Positions 51,584 to 63,827 of a stretch of DNA of 64,000 nucleotides are shown here, in pieces. Positions within the stretch are counted from its first letter, which is position 1, and every line of letters starts with the position of its first letter. The notes beneath the pieces were generated by a model that saw only the letters and a list, made by a program, of their open reading frames with translations, ran no database searches and was not told the origin of the DNA. Made by a program: the position numbers and the translations under genes. The DNA is taken from positions 3,350,001 to 3,414,000 of the forward strand of contig NC_087245.1 in assembly GCF_037042905.1 (NCBI RefSeq). The letters run 5' to 3'. The DNA comes from Lytechinus pictus. Lineage: Eukaryota.

Positions 51584-54479
51584 GTGAGTCTTATCTAGCA
51601 ACGTCACACAAATTATCCTCCCTATTATTTTTCCATCTCGATTCCTACCTCTGGACTTTTAATATACTAATTGAAAATTGAACCAGTTCGTGTGGTTTAT
51701 CATTGTCTTGTTGGTTGTTTATTTAGGTCTAAACGGTATACGTAGTACAAATAAATGAAAATGTAAGCATGATGTTAATACCTAAAAAGATCAAATATAG
51801 GTATTGACAATAATATTCAATGGTACTGATGAAATATGTCTCATCTTGATCTGTTCTTCTTCGAAGTTCAAACGAATTTCAAAAAATTTACTCCCTTAAT
51901 ACCTATACCTTGACTATACATAAGAAAGTATTTTTGGTCCACAAATCACGTTTTAAATGCTCAACCCATTAAAAACATCAAGAGACAATCCCCGTGTCTG
52001 ATAGCATACAAATCATCTTAGAAATACTTAATTCACTATTCCATACCTCTATTTCCTTTCATTTTTTTACACATCTCGAAAAACCTCACCCTGAATTCAT
52101 ATTATGGAATTATATTCAAATTTCATTAAAATTGTGTAGAGCAAATGACGAACTAAGGAGGTTACACATTTAAAAAAAAAGAAGAAGAAAGAACATAAGG
52201 TGAACTCTAAAGACACTCTTGTTTATTTAATCCAGTGATGGAACACTTCATAAATAATACTGTAGCATTGCATCCACAGTAAGCATTTTCTTGATGCCAA
52301 TTTGTGAATTAAACGAGTATATCAATTGTCTGGATGAGAGCACAGGCTTTTATCCTATAACATTTTTATATACAGTTCAACGTTCTACGATAGCACATGA
52401 TTATGTTATATACATACAGATTTATGTGTATATACACACATACCACCTCTGCGTAAAAAGTGAATTCATTTCCAGTTTGTCCTCCTCCAATTATGCATTT
52501 TTTTATCCAAACGTCAATCACTAGCGGGTGTTTTCGTTAACGAAAGTAATCTGGTTTGACCACACCGCAGGAATTCTCAATGGATGTAAGAGAAAACCAA
52601 TTAAGGTCTTACGCCAGGAATCACAGGTGAATAAAATTCCATATTTAGAAAAAAGTCATATCCCTTGCGTATCATTGATTGTCGTTGCCATTTCAGCGTA
52701 GGTTGAGTTATGTTAATTCCAAGTGTATTTACTGTAACATGCAAAGCACAGATAACAAATACACAGATAAACAAACTCGGGGTACAATTTTGCTTGTTTC
52801 GTGTATATATCTACCCATTCCAATCTCTAGTAAAACAGTCATAACGAAGAGATATATTTGTACATTCATACAGCTCCTCACTTCTATATTTCCTAAAAAT
52901 GTACAATGTAGGTATATCTTTTAATAACATAAGTCGTATTGCTTATATACATAAGAATCTGCGTGGTCGTGAGTGTGGGTGTGTTTGTTTCCATCTATGG
53001 ATTGTCATGTTTAATTTGTAAGCAATTTTCTTTGATCCTGTGCTTTTAAAATCTTCAACAATATGAATAATGATACCGAGATATAGATCAAGTTCATTAT
53101 ATTGTATTTTCAAATAGATTTATATGTAAATGTTACTTCCCGTTAATTCCGTATATTTCCTTAAGACCTTTTTTATTATTTTTTTCATTTTATTTTAATA
53201 ATAGTGATCATGGTTCTTCTTCAAAATGAGATAGTGAATATTATTCCTTATTTTATGAATTATAATTCATATTATCGACACAATTATATAAATAATAGGA
53301 TATTATCAACAGATCACTCAACCCTGTTCAATAATATACATTCACTTCATACAGAATTCAGTAAGAACAACTCTTATAAAAAACCGTACGTTCGTAATCA
53401 TAAATCATTGCGTGGATGAAATTCGGCACTGCCTAGCAAACATCCAAAATTCCTCTGAGTTCTGCTGCTTGCTTCAGTCTTTTACAACAGGCGACTACAA
53501 TAAGGTCCTCGAGTTTTTCGTTATCTAATTTTTTTCTTGGATTAAGGTCACTGCAATATTTCATCCCTGTCCCACTATCATATATCTCATATGAGCGTCT
53601 GTTCCCATGGATGGTAGCACGGTAGTTCTTCACCGACCTGTCTCAGTTGCTCTTTTACCCTCTAGTTGCAGCCATGCAGAGTGCCTAAGGTGCTATTCTC
53701 GGATACGACAGCCCAGATAAAAATATTTGATGAACTGCGCGCCATAATAAATGAACAAAATTGAAGTCAGTGATGGGAGACTTAAAGAAGAAGCGAAAAG
53801 CCCGTTTGCTGCAAGCGAGTTGACGGATTTTCGGCCTAAGCATGAAGCGCTTGAAATACCACTGTTGGTATATTTTATTGTTACTGGTGATATCAAAGCC
53901 ATTTCCGATTTGTCATTATCATTTGATTTCTTGACGCAATTACCTTTCGATTTCCACTCTATTTCCTATTAGCTTTAAAGATTTATATTTGGATGTGGAT
54001 TTTGATGTTGACTATTTCCTTTGAAAAGTGTGAGAAAAATACTCCAACATCTCGATCTGATTAATTAATGATTAATTATGTGATTGAAAAGAAGATAAAG
54101 CTCAATTAATCAGTTTGAAATATCTCCCACGCAATAGTCAGTACGGAACAAAACGTAATCACTTCACGCTTACTGAAACCGATCATCTATAAGATTCTGA
54201 TCAATAAAAATATCACCATGATCAAATTTAGAAATAGCTATCAACAATCATAATTTCAATAATGAAAATCTGGAACATAGTTATGAGAGTGATTTAAAAG
54301 TATTATCGATAGGTTTTTAAATCCTTTCCGGTGAACAAGTTTTCCCATTGCTGCCTCCAATGTATATGGAATAGCGTATCAGTAAAATAATCCCTTAATC
54401 GTTAAACTTTTTCGAAACTAATGTATTACTTACCTTTTCATTATTAGTATTTTTTCGCCTCACACAATTAAATCAAGAC

Positions 54480-54757
54480 TGCTATGATCGTTATGTCGCC
54501 GGATCTTAAAGCCAAAGAGTTCAAACCGCAGCACGAATGTCCTTTGGTAGGACAGTATTCTGCATTTAACAGTCTCAATCCAGGGGTAAATGGATACTGG
54601 TAGAAAGAATTTCCTTCATCCGTTCAATCCCTGTAAAAACATGCGCAGCTATGTCGGGACAATATTGGAGTACATTTGGAGTTATTGAATAGTTTTGGAT
54701 TGTCTTGGTAATTTTAGCGTCATTTAACCGTCTGGCGATTACGTTTATTATTATTAG
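54480..54757 (+). mobile_element. Old degenerate tRNA-SINE related to 2698-2983
   Basis: GAGTTCAAACC B-box relic, CTCAATCCAGGGGTAAATGGATACTGGTAG core relic, (ATT)n tail. Confidence 0.55.
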
Positions 54758-57069
54758 AATTTATTAATTCATTGCTTTGCACTATTTGTACAGGTATAGA
54801 CCAAAATATTTCAACATTGGGCCTGGGACTTGAATACTGTTCAATAAAGAGTAATCATATCGGTATGTTTTCAATAAAATAATCGGAAAAACAATACTTT
54901 CTTGATTACTGTGGTATCTTTGCCCTATACAATATGAATTCATTACCTCTGTCGTGAAAGTTCCCAATTACGTAGCTGGTATTATGATCGTGAAATAAAT
55001 AACCAACTTCTTTCCTACTCAATCAGTATCTTATCATTTTTGTAATAAGAATGACTTGAAGAGGAGCGTATTCAGTGTGGTCATTGACCGACCTATTCGG
55101 AGTACAATCTATTTCCGGTATGTTTTCATATGCTTACTTGGTAGATAATAATAGCAGTAATAGGATTCTTTACTACTTTTCTTACCCCCATCCACAAAAA
55201 TGAAAACACGTACGAATAACATTTTTCAGCAAATCATCAGCAAAATTTAATGTCATGTTTCTTCGTCACATACACTATACATTATAAGCAGTGTACCTGG
55301 AAAATGGTTAACGATATAAGAAGCGTCCCTGAGCTATTTCACAGATACTATTTTAATATCTTTAACATTTTTTTCTTAATATCAAATAGTATATTTTATG
55401 TTGTGACCCATATTTCCCCTTTTTTCTAATTCAAAGCTAAGTCTCGTTTGTGTAGGTCTCGCTGGAACAGTCATATCCTCTCCTATAATCGTGATAATTA
55501 AAACTTTGACAAGCTGTATATCACTCATTATATACGTATTCAACTTTATAGTAGCAGATTTGTGGCGTAGATATCTAATTGAAGCCAAATGCTACCTTCC
55601 CGTTCTATTCATTTTAACCATCAAAATATATCTCCATTGTTATGAAGCGTGTGTAAAGAAAAGCTATTATTATTATAAAATTAAGAAAATTAAAACAAAA
55701 ACCCCTTGATATTATTCATTTCATGCGTGTTCCCTGAAGTTCTGCAATTCAAGTTGTACACAACTTGGATTGGTTGCAAGGTTAATGCAATTGATAATCC
55801 ATTTCATTGTATTTTGCCCAAAATATTTCGTGTGGTAAGTATATGTCATTCTGAAATGATGATTTTAAATGTTATAATGTCAAATATTACGTCTGCTATG
55901 GGGATTGGGAATATTACTTTACTGCTTATCGAGTCCCAAAGTGACTTGGCTAATCAGACACCTAGGAATAGTCATGAACACACAGATCCTGTGTCATATT
56001 TTTTACCTCTAAAACATACAAGAAAAACTGCACATTTCGTGAACATGCTATCAAATGTAGTACGTTCAGATGTATGCTTGTAATGCAAACTGAAAGTTTT
56101 CACAACTATGTTTTAATGTCATTAATTGTCATTAGGCGACGTTGCAATGATATTTACATAGGCCTTTGTCTACAGTGAAATGTCATAACATTAATTAGAT
56201 GTATAATGTAACAGTCTTATGTAATCTATTATTAGCATTTTCAAGGACGAGTAGGTTATTTGCTGGCACTTCATTTTGCAGTGACAAAAGAGCTCACATC
56301 AAATCAGTAATGCGGTTTAGGAATATAGATGTTTCAGTCGGTTTTATATTTATTGAGTCTTTCTTTATGATGTAAACATTCGCCATTTTATGATATCAAT
56401 GACTTCCGGAAAGGGGCCTACTTCGTAAATGCATCAAAGTGATGTAATTGTTGAAACCACGTCCCATTAAAATAAATGACATTTGGTACTACCTCAATTT
56501 CATTAATACAATGTTATGACAAAATTGACTTTAGATTAATCTAGAAATTGCAGTTAGCATAAACATCTAATAACGACTTGTTAGGTTGATAACTTTTGAG
56601 CTGATAATTAATAAGCCTTGTGTTTATAATTGGTTATCGTTGACAGATCTTTTTATATGTTTTGCTTTCTTTCTTCCCCAATGGGTATACATAAGCTAGT
56701 ATGTGTGGTTAATGTGATACCATTGGTCTAATCTATACTTTGAAAGGATTGGGAATATATTTGGATTTTATGAGAGAAAGATCATTCTGATAATCTAAAC
56801 GATACATGTCGACTTTTTATACACTACTTGATATGTATCGTTTAGAAAACCTACGTACACCCTATTAACTAATAATTTCATGAAATAAATTTTAAGTCTT
56901 ATAACGTTGAATGTTTCAGAGAAAATGTAGGATGCATGCTAGGGGCAGGGTAATATGATGCAGCGTGTGGAAACATTGTATTTAGCACAATATAGATGTT
57001 GAATACTATAATCGTTAATATTTTTACTATAATAGAAAATGCTCCTTAGTGGTAATCTATTATCCTATA

Positions 57070-58002
57070 TAAACCCCTCAAAAAGTTTGGAAATCTAAGT
57101 TTAGCCATTAATTTCTCCAAAGTCCCAATTTTACACAATGCATATTTGACATCATTCAAAAGATCATCTAATTTTCTTTAAAATTATATCATGCTTGTTA
57201 TGATCATGCCATCACGAAAAGAGCAGGATTCAAAAGTGTTGGATGAGGACTGGTCTGAATTGAAAAGCTGCAAAAGGAGCAAAAAAAGTTTGGAAATCTG
57301 AGTTTGACCATTGATATCTCCCAACTCACAATATTACATAATGTATATTTGATATCATTTAAAAGATAATTTAATTCTCTTAAAAATGATACCATGCTTG
57401 TTATGATCATGCCATTATGAAAAGAGCATGATTCGAAAGTGTTGGATGAGGTCTGAGTTGGAAAGCTGCAAAACGAGCAGAAGTAGTCATGAAGGGTCAA
57501 TACGGAACATGATTCCTTTGTCTGTGTCAATAGAGATGAAAATCCATTCAAATCAAGCCCCTGCTTCTTCATTTTTTGTTATGTTGTGGTTTATGTAGTG
57601 ATGGTTCTGTAAGATAACATGGTTTGAGTCGTGGTTTGAAATACACATGCATGTTTGTTTGTTTGTTATGTGTTTGCTTGTGCAGAGGTGTGTTTGATTC
57701 CATGTTAAGGTGCATGAAAACAATTAAAAGAAACCGCTGAGAAACTCACTCATCACCACGGAAAAAAGAACAGAGACTTTGAATACTGTGTCAATTTGCA
57801 AATTTTGAATTTTGACCTTGCCCAACATTTCAAGCCACTGCACCTCCATGTGAACCATAATCATATCATGTAGGGTATCATTTTAAAGAAAATTAAATTA
57901 TACATTCATATATATATATATTAATTACACATTGATATTTACTAATCACGTGGAGGGATTATCGATCAAAGTCAGATTTCCAAACTTTTTTTGAGAAGTT
58001 TA
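57070..58002. mobile_element. Non-autonomous Tc1/mariner-like element with duplicated left end
   Basis: TAAACCCCTCAAAAAGTTTGGAAATCT / AGATTTCCAAACTTTTTTTGAGAAGTTTA; 57080-57280 is repeated in diverged form at 57281-57480. Confidence 0.75.
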
Positions 58003-60734
58003 GATGTGACACTTAAATGTGTCAATCAAACTGTAAATAAAGATACCTACAAATCTATCTAACACTTGGATATACAATACTGAAATATGAATCATGTTTA
58101 TTGCTTCGGCTATATTGGAATATTACTTGAAGATGTAGATTAAATACATGTCGATGGTTATAACGTTCCCCCCCCCCCACAACTTGATTAGCAAATGAGT
58201 AAAGTTGGGAATCTATTTGGCTCTTTTAGAAGTCGTTTGTAATTTAGTATGCCGTTTTTTGCACAGCTTGAAATGTGATCCTACTCATCAATGTTTTGCC
58301 TATTTCTTTTTTTGTTCTAAAATTTACAATCATCACACATGATATAGCAAGACTCAAATATCAACAATTTTAAATGGGGGTGAGTTCCTGGATCCCATTA
58401 AATGGAGACCATGTGGACGAATGAGCAGTGATGTTATATTGGTATTCATGAGAGAGAGAGGGAAAAGGCGTCAAATAAAACACCACTTGCGTTTTGGGAC
58501 TTCAATAATTATCTACTATTTACATGGTAAACCACCCAGGAAAAAATTCGTATATATGTCCATATTTGTAATCTTCCTTACAATGTAACCTACATAGTAA
58601 CTAAATTATGTTGCAAGACAGATTTATCATTGCATTATGTTACAAGAAATATGTATATTCATTTGATAGATATAGGGTTAGGGTTAGGGAATAACAGAAT
58701 ATCAAATTGTTGTAGAATAACAAATTTATTTCTTGAATGCAATAATTCGAATCCATATCGATTGTACTCGGCTGTAAAAAAAAGGGGGGGGGGCTTTCTG
58801 ATCTGGGATTTAATGAAAGAGGATATAACCGACGCCATTTCTCTTCATATCCTTTGCCAAGGTGCACCTGTAGCCTTACTTTTATGGTGTATAGAGAAGA
58901 GGGATAATCACCTAGAGTGTATGGCATACATGCCAGGCACGTTGCAATTTCACTCCTCATAAATACTCCATGGGGGCTACTTATACTTGGAATATCGCAC
59001 CCGTTATTTCCGTCATAGTAGTCATCATCCTGCTACTCTGACTGATCCTGTATAGCTGATGCCTCTTTATGTACAATATTATATGAGAGGGTGCATACAC
59101 TTTATTTTGTCTGTGCAGAAGGAGATTATTGTCTGGGATTGAGGGTCTGTATAATAAAAAAAGGTGAAACAATCTAAAAATGAAAAAAAAAGCGACGGGG
59201 AACTACGATACATTTCAACATCTCCATCGTCTTTCGTCTCTGTTTACAAGAAATCTGTCGTGCAATACTTTCAGCCAAATGTTAATTTGTTTAAATGTTA
59301 TTAACTATTGCAGTATCATCATAGTAGTGCGAATTAAGAGAATGGTTCTAACAACAACAACACGTTTCAGTAATGAATAGATTGATAATTATTCCAAGCA
59401 TTTGAAATATGTTATATGACTACAATATGACCTATAAATACGCCCGCGTGAAGAAATGTTTGATAGAATAGATTCTTCAACAGTAGATCATTATATTTCT
59501 TAAATCTGAAGTTGTTACTACTTCAGTATTACTTTGCTGATAAGAACATTTTTGGGGTATTTGGAGATCATATCACTGATATCTATACTAAAGGGTGAAT
59601 TTCTTGCTAACGTATTGTTTTATCTGATCCCGAATTGACAGAAATAGGATAACTAGGATTAATCAAAAGCGCCAACGTCATGTCTTTTTTGGCACTGATT
59701 ACTGATTTCCTTATCAAGTCAACATTTCCAAGAATATTAGAAGATCAAGCTGGCGACAGTACTGGTACGAAAATGTCTTCAAGCTAAGTATTTCTTGGTA
59801 AGATCTGGAAGTACCGCAATATATCTAGGATCAAATCTGTCGTTTTCTATTAAACACTTGCCCCATCAGATCCAACTTAATGGGAATTTTCTTTGGCAAA
59901 GATTAGAATTGCAGAATAATATCCAAAAGGGTGGTACATCTAAGTAGGATTTCATATTTCATTTGACAACTGATTATAAAGGAATTACTTCATATCTTCA
60001 TTTGATGGCCAATGCTTATAATGTTAATGGCGTTGACATAATAATCACATGTTGCTTATGTTTGCATTTAGCTATCAAAATAGCATCAATAGAGTATTCA
60101 TTTTATTTAATCGGTGATATGACGGCAAATACAAAGGACATTTGAATTTCCGACTGATGTATTGTTTACTGATGCAGGATTATATTGATATGGCTTAGTG
60201 ATCCAGTATGAAATATTTGTTTTCATTATGAGTAGGGTTTATGAATGTTTTCATAGTATGTTATGGAAGGCTGCTGTAACTGAAAAATCAAGATAGCAAG
60301 GGGCACAGTCTTTGGCATAACATACATGTTATTCCAACCGAGGTGATTTGAAGGGGCATTGCGATTATTCTTGTGTTATAATTAATCTGAAAATAGAATT
60401 CATGCATGTAATTTGTCGTCTTCAGCATGGTCAGTGAATAATTGATTTGTTTTTTTGTTTTGTTTTTTCATTTCATTTTATTCATCATTGTCAACATTTT
60501 ATAAAATTTTTCATTGGAATAATCATTCAGAGAATATGTATGAGCGGATCATCGTATTAAAGCTGTAAGAGCTTGAGAACGATGTCCAAATATGAAAAGG
60601 ATTAAAAATACATATGCTTCGTGAAAAACATGATGATGCAAGTTTCAAATTCAGGGACAGAAGGAAAAGTAGAGAGAGGGGGTTGGAGGGGTGATAAGAC
60701 AGAGGGGAGAGAGGTAGGGATAAATGAATAGTAT

Positions 60735-61190
60735 ACAAATAATGAATGTTTATGAGTGCAATGGACAGAATACTTCATGTGTTGAAAGATGAAATGATCA
60801 ATTCAACGAGGCGTAGCCAAGTAGCCAAATTGAATGGATCATTCATTCCATCTTTCACCTAATGAAGTATTCTGTCCATTGCACGAATGGAAATACATTC
60901 ATTATTTGGTTTATATGACACCTAAAAAAAGATTCTTTTTCATATGAATTTTATGAATTTCGATGCAAAATATGCGAGCTCGGTCTTTTGATTGTCACGT
61001 ACATACAGCATGCGCGCTGCAAACGCGAGTGCTTTTACTTGTAGTGCCTGCAGACTCAGTGCGCGCGTGCAATGGACAAAATCGTATGGATCCAAAATAG
61101 CACGGTTGATGACCTCATTGTAAAATGGGCTGAATGATCGATATCAAACAACCAATCAAATGACAAGGATCTATTTAGGAAAGATATAGA
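60735..61190. mobile_element. Non-autonomous element with long subterminal hairpin (Crypton-type?)
   Basis: Hairpin 60756-60884 (GTGCAATGGACAGAATACTTCAT / ATGAAGTATTCTGTCCATTGCAC) around GAGGCGTAGCC; motif GTGCAATGGACA recurs at ~61067. Family call is from recall. Confidence 0.55.
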
Positions 61191-61591
61191 AAGAGTTAAA
61201 CATGAAGATATGACTAATTACACTACGTTATATTAAAATACAAGGCATATTATACTGCGTGAAAACGAAGACTCTTTGCTGTGAATGGGCGGTTTGTTTA
61301 GATAATAATCACAAACAATAGAACGTTCTAAGATGTGGCGGTACATTAGGTAAGTATGCATTGTAAATACAACACATCAGTCTTGTTTCATATTAAGAGA
61401 GAAGGGCAATTTTTTGGCCTCTTCAATATTTTTTCGTTGGGTACGATCAAATATCAGATAAAAGAGCGTTGAAAATATTAGGGCCAGTTTATCGAATGAA
61501 TCTTTGGGCTTATCGGCACTAATACCTATAACCAAAATTTAAATTACAACAACAAAAAAGAAGGAAGACAAGAAGAAGAAGAAAGTGACCA

Positions 61592-61954
61592 ATGCCGAAA
61601 AATGTCTCTGCCGGGAATCGAACCCGGGCCTCCAGCTTGGAACGCCCGTGCCTTAACCACTAGACCACAGAGACGGGTTAGTGGTAAGGGCGACCCCGAT
61701 CCGATTGACCGTTAGATAAAAAGATTTTCGACACTACCAATTATAATTTCTCTGTCGGGTGTAGGTAGGTTTTAAACAATGTCAAACCGCCATGCCTCAG
61801 CTGGATCAAAGCTATTGCTTAGATACAGTACACGTATGTGAGAAATTAAACATGTAAAACAGCTTTGGCAACAATTTTATTTCTATTATATTTTGTGAAA
61901 GAAATGGATGAGGAGAACAATGGTAGGCGAAGCTAAAAGCAAGGTTCCCCAGAG
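61592..61954 (-). mobile_element. tRNA-bearing tandem element, copy A (partial monomer)
   Basis: Homologous along its length to the monomer at 63420-63824; abuts (TA)n on the right. Confidence 0.85.
61603..61674 (-). tRNA. tRNA-like cloverleaf copy 1 (anticodon position TCC; one anticodon-stem mismatch)
   Basis: GTCTCTG TG GTCT AGTGGTTA AGGC A CGGGC GTTCCAA GCTGG AGGC CCGGG TTCGATT CCCGG CAGAGAC A, followed by TTTTT. Confidence 0.7.
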
Positions 61955-61958
61955 AGAG

Positions 61959-62022
<64 letters not shown>
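61959..62022. repeat. (TA)n microsatellite between element copies A and B
   Basis: Direct reading. Confidence 0.97.
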
Positions 62023-62025
<3 letters not shown>

Positions 62026-62120
62026 AAAGAAATTGATGAAGAGAACAATGGTAGGCGTAGCTTAAATCAAGGTTCCCCAGAGCTATCTACCCTTTGGAAA
62101 ACTTGGTGATGCCGAAAAAA

Positions 62121-63419
62121 TGTCTCTGCCGGGAATCGAACCCGGGCCCCCAGCTTTGAACGCCGCACAGTGGGCCGGGGCGAAACAAAAGTGCGCCAAA
62201 AGTCATTTTGGGCAATTTCAGAATTTTAATTTTTGTCATGCTCAGCTGAAAGACAACACTTTGAAGAATACTTCAGCAAAATATTTCATTCGGGAATTTG
62301 CATAAAGGTTGTTAATTTCCTACCTCAAATCTTAAAATGTGACATTTTGCGAAATGCCGCGTGTATGACAACTTAGTTGAAAAACAAGCAATTTCACGGG
62401 AGGTTTTTCATGTAGGAATCTGAAATGGCACCCACATAATCCTGTTATATTTTTTTTTTTCGTGTGAAATGGTCCAAATTAGATAAAAGACACATTTCAG
62501 GAGGTTTATAGAACAATTATTCCTCGAAATAGGCTGATAATCCATGTTTTTAGCATTTACATGAGAAACGTTTGGATTTCCATGGATTTCCGTTTAAATC
62601 CTATCATCATCATTTTGACAGATGTCTAAGCTTTAAGTCGATACCAAATTTAGCTGCCCGTTTTTGCCCGTTTTCATGTTAGAGCCGATTTTACTTGGCA
62701 AAATACCCCCAAAACCTGTTCAAAAACGGTCATTTTTATACCGCACATTCATCGCAGCGCACCGTGTGGGGTGTTCATTGCCGTTCATTTTTGCACGGCG
62801 AGGACGATTCCCCCTTCCATTCCATGAAAAAGACATGAATTCCGGGCATAATGCAAACAAAATAAAGGTTGATAACGCATATAAGGGCTACCCGCCCCTC
62901 TTCCAGAGATAAAATTTAATTTACTAATTTCAGCCAAAAGCCCTCCTCACAGTAAAACATTCGTGGTCCTATATACTCTGCGTTTTACCCAAGTCTACAC
63001 CGCTTGATAAAGCACGGTTAAATTTTTTTTCAGATTTTTAATTATTTTTTTAATCTAATGATCACTTTGATGCCATATAATTATTTTCAGGATCTCATAC
63101 ACACTTGTTAGGCATGTGAGAAGCATAAACCAACATTCACTCTGGTCAATCTTAAAGTAACACATAACACAAAGTTTATATACTACACATTGTTTAGCGT
63201 AATTTGTCTTTTCACAGATAGGTTTTAAGTAGCCAATCAAAATTTGGTATCAAAGTGACGTCATATCGGCTTTAAATTATGTTCAGTAGATTCTACGCCC
63301 AAAATTACCCTTAATCAACATGTTAAAGTGAAAATATAACACGGAATATAATTTTGGCGCACTTTCAACTCATTCTGGCCCACTGTGCGCCGGTGCCTTA
63401 ACCACTAGACCACAGAGAC
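62121..63419 (-). tRNA. tRNA-like cloverleaf copy 2 (anticodon position TCA), split by a Transib insertion
   Basis: Removing 62166-63392 restores GTCTCTG TG GTCT AGTGGTTA AGGC A CCGGC GTTCAAA GCTGG GGGC CCGGG TTCGATT CCCGG CAGAGAC A plus T6, with all stems paired. Confidence 0.75.
62166..63387. mobile_element. Non-autonomous Transib element, 5-bp TSD
   Basis: Ends CACAGTGGGCC / GGCCCACTGTG with second block AAAGTGCGCCAAAA; TSD CGCCG at 62161-62165 and 63388-63392; no transposase ORF. Confidence 0.93.
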
Positions 63420-63752
63420 GGGTTAGTGGCTAGGGCGACCCCGATCCGATTGACCGTCAGATAGACAGATTTTCGACACTATACCAATTACAATTTCCTT
63501 TGTCGGGTGAAGGTGGGTTTAGAACAATGACAAACCGCCATGCTTCAGCTGGATCAAAGCTATTGCTTTGATACAGTACACGTATGGGAGAAAGTATACA
63601 AATATGTAAAGTTATACATGTACAACAGCTTTGGCAACTCTTTTATTTAAATATTGTAAAGAAATGGATGAAGAGAACAATGGTAGGGGTAGCTTAAATC
63701 AAGGTTCCCCAGAGCTATCTACCCTTTGGAAAAATTGGCGATGCCGAAAAAA

Positions 63753-63824
63753 TGTATATGCCGGGAATCGAACTCGGGCCCCCAGCTTTGAACGCCGGTG
63801 CCTTAACCACTAGACCACAGAGAC
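63753..63824 (-). tRNA. tRNA-like cloverleaf copy 3 (anticodon position TCA; acceptor and T-stem mismatches, likely pseudogene)
   Basis: Same as copy 2 except 3' acceptor strand CATATAC and T-stem CCGAG; followed by T6. Confidence 0.65.
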
Positions 63825-63827
63825 GGG

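Noticed and set aside
53433..53972. ORFs 53433..53633(-), 53693..53902(-), 53751..53972(+) as exons
   Set aside because: No recognisable domain and no convincing splice-site pair linking them to the 51541 exon.
58673..58689. Interstitial telomeric repeat TAGGGTTAGGGTTAGGG
   Set aside because: Fewer than three full units; compatible with chance.
63440..63480. Hammerhead ribozyme in the tRNA element (minus strand CGAAA..GTC..CTGACGG)
   Set aside because: The core is CUGACGG rather than CUGANGA, there is no room for stem I, and copy 1 does not conserve it.
63660..63725. HDV-like/theta ribozyme or SECIS element in the tRNA trailer
   Set aside because: No P3/L3/P1.1 or catalytic-C linker for an HDV fold. 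The plus-strand AUGA...GA lacks a proper helix II and apical AAR spacing.
63753..63824. tRNA-Sec gene
   Set aside because: It is 72 nt with a 4-nt variable loop and 7/5 fold; the long extra arm and 9/4 geometry are missing.
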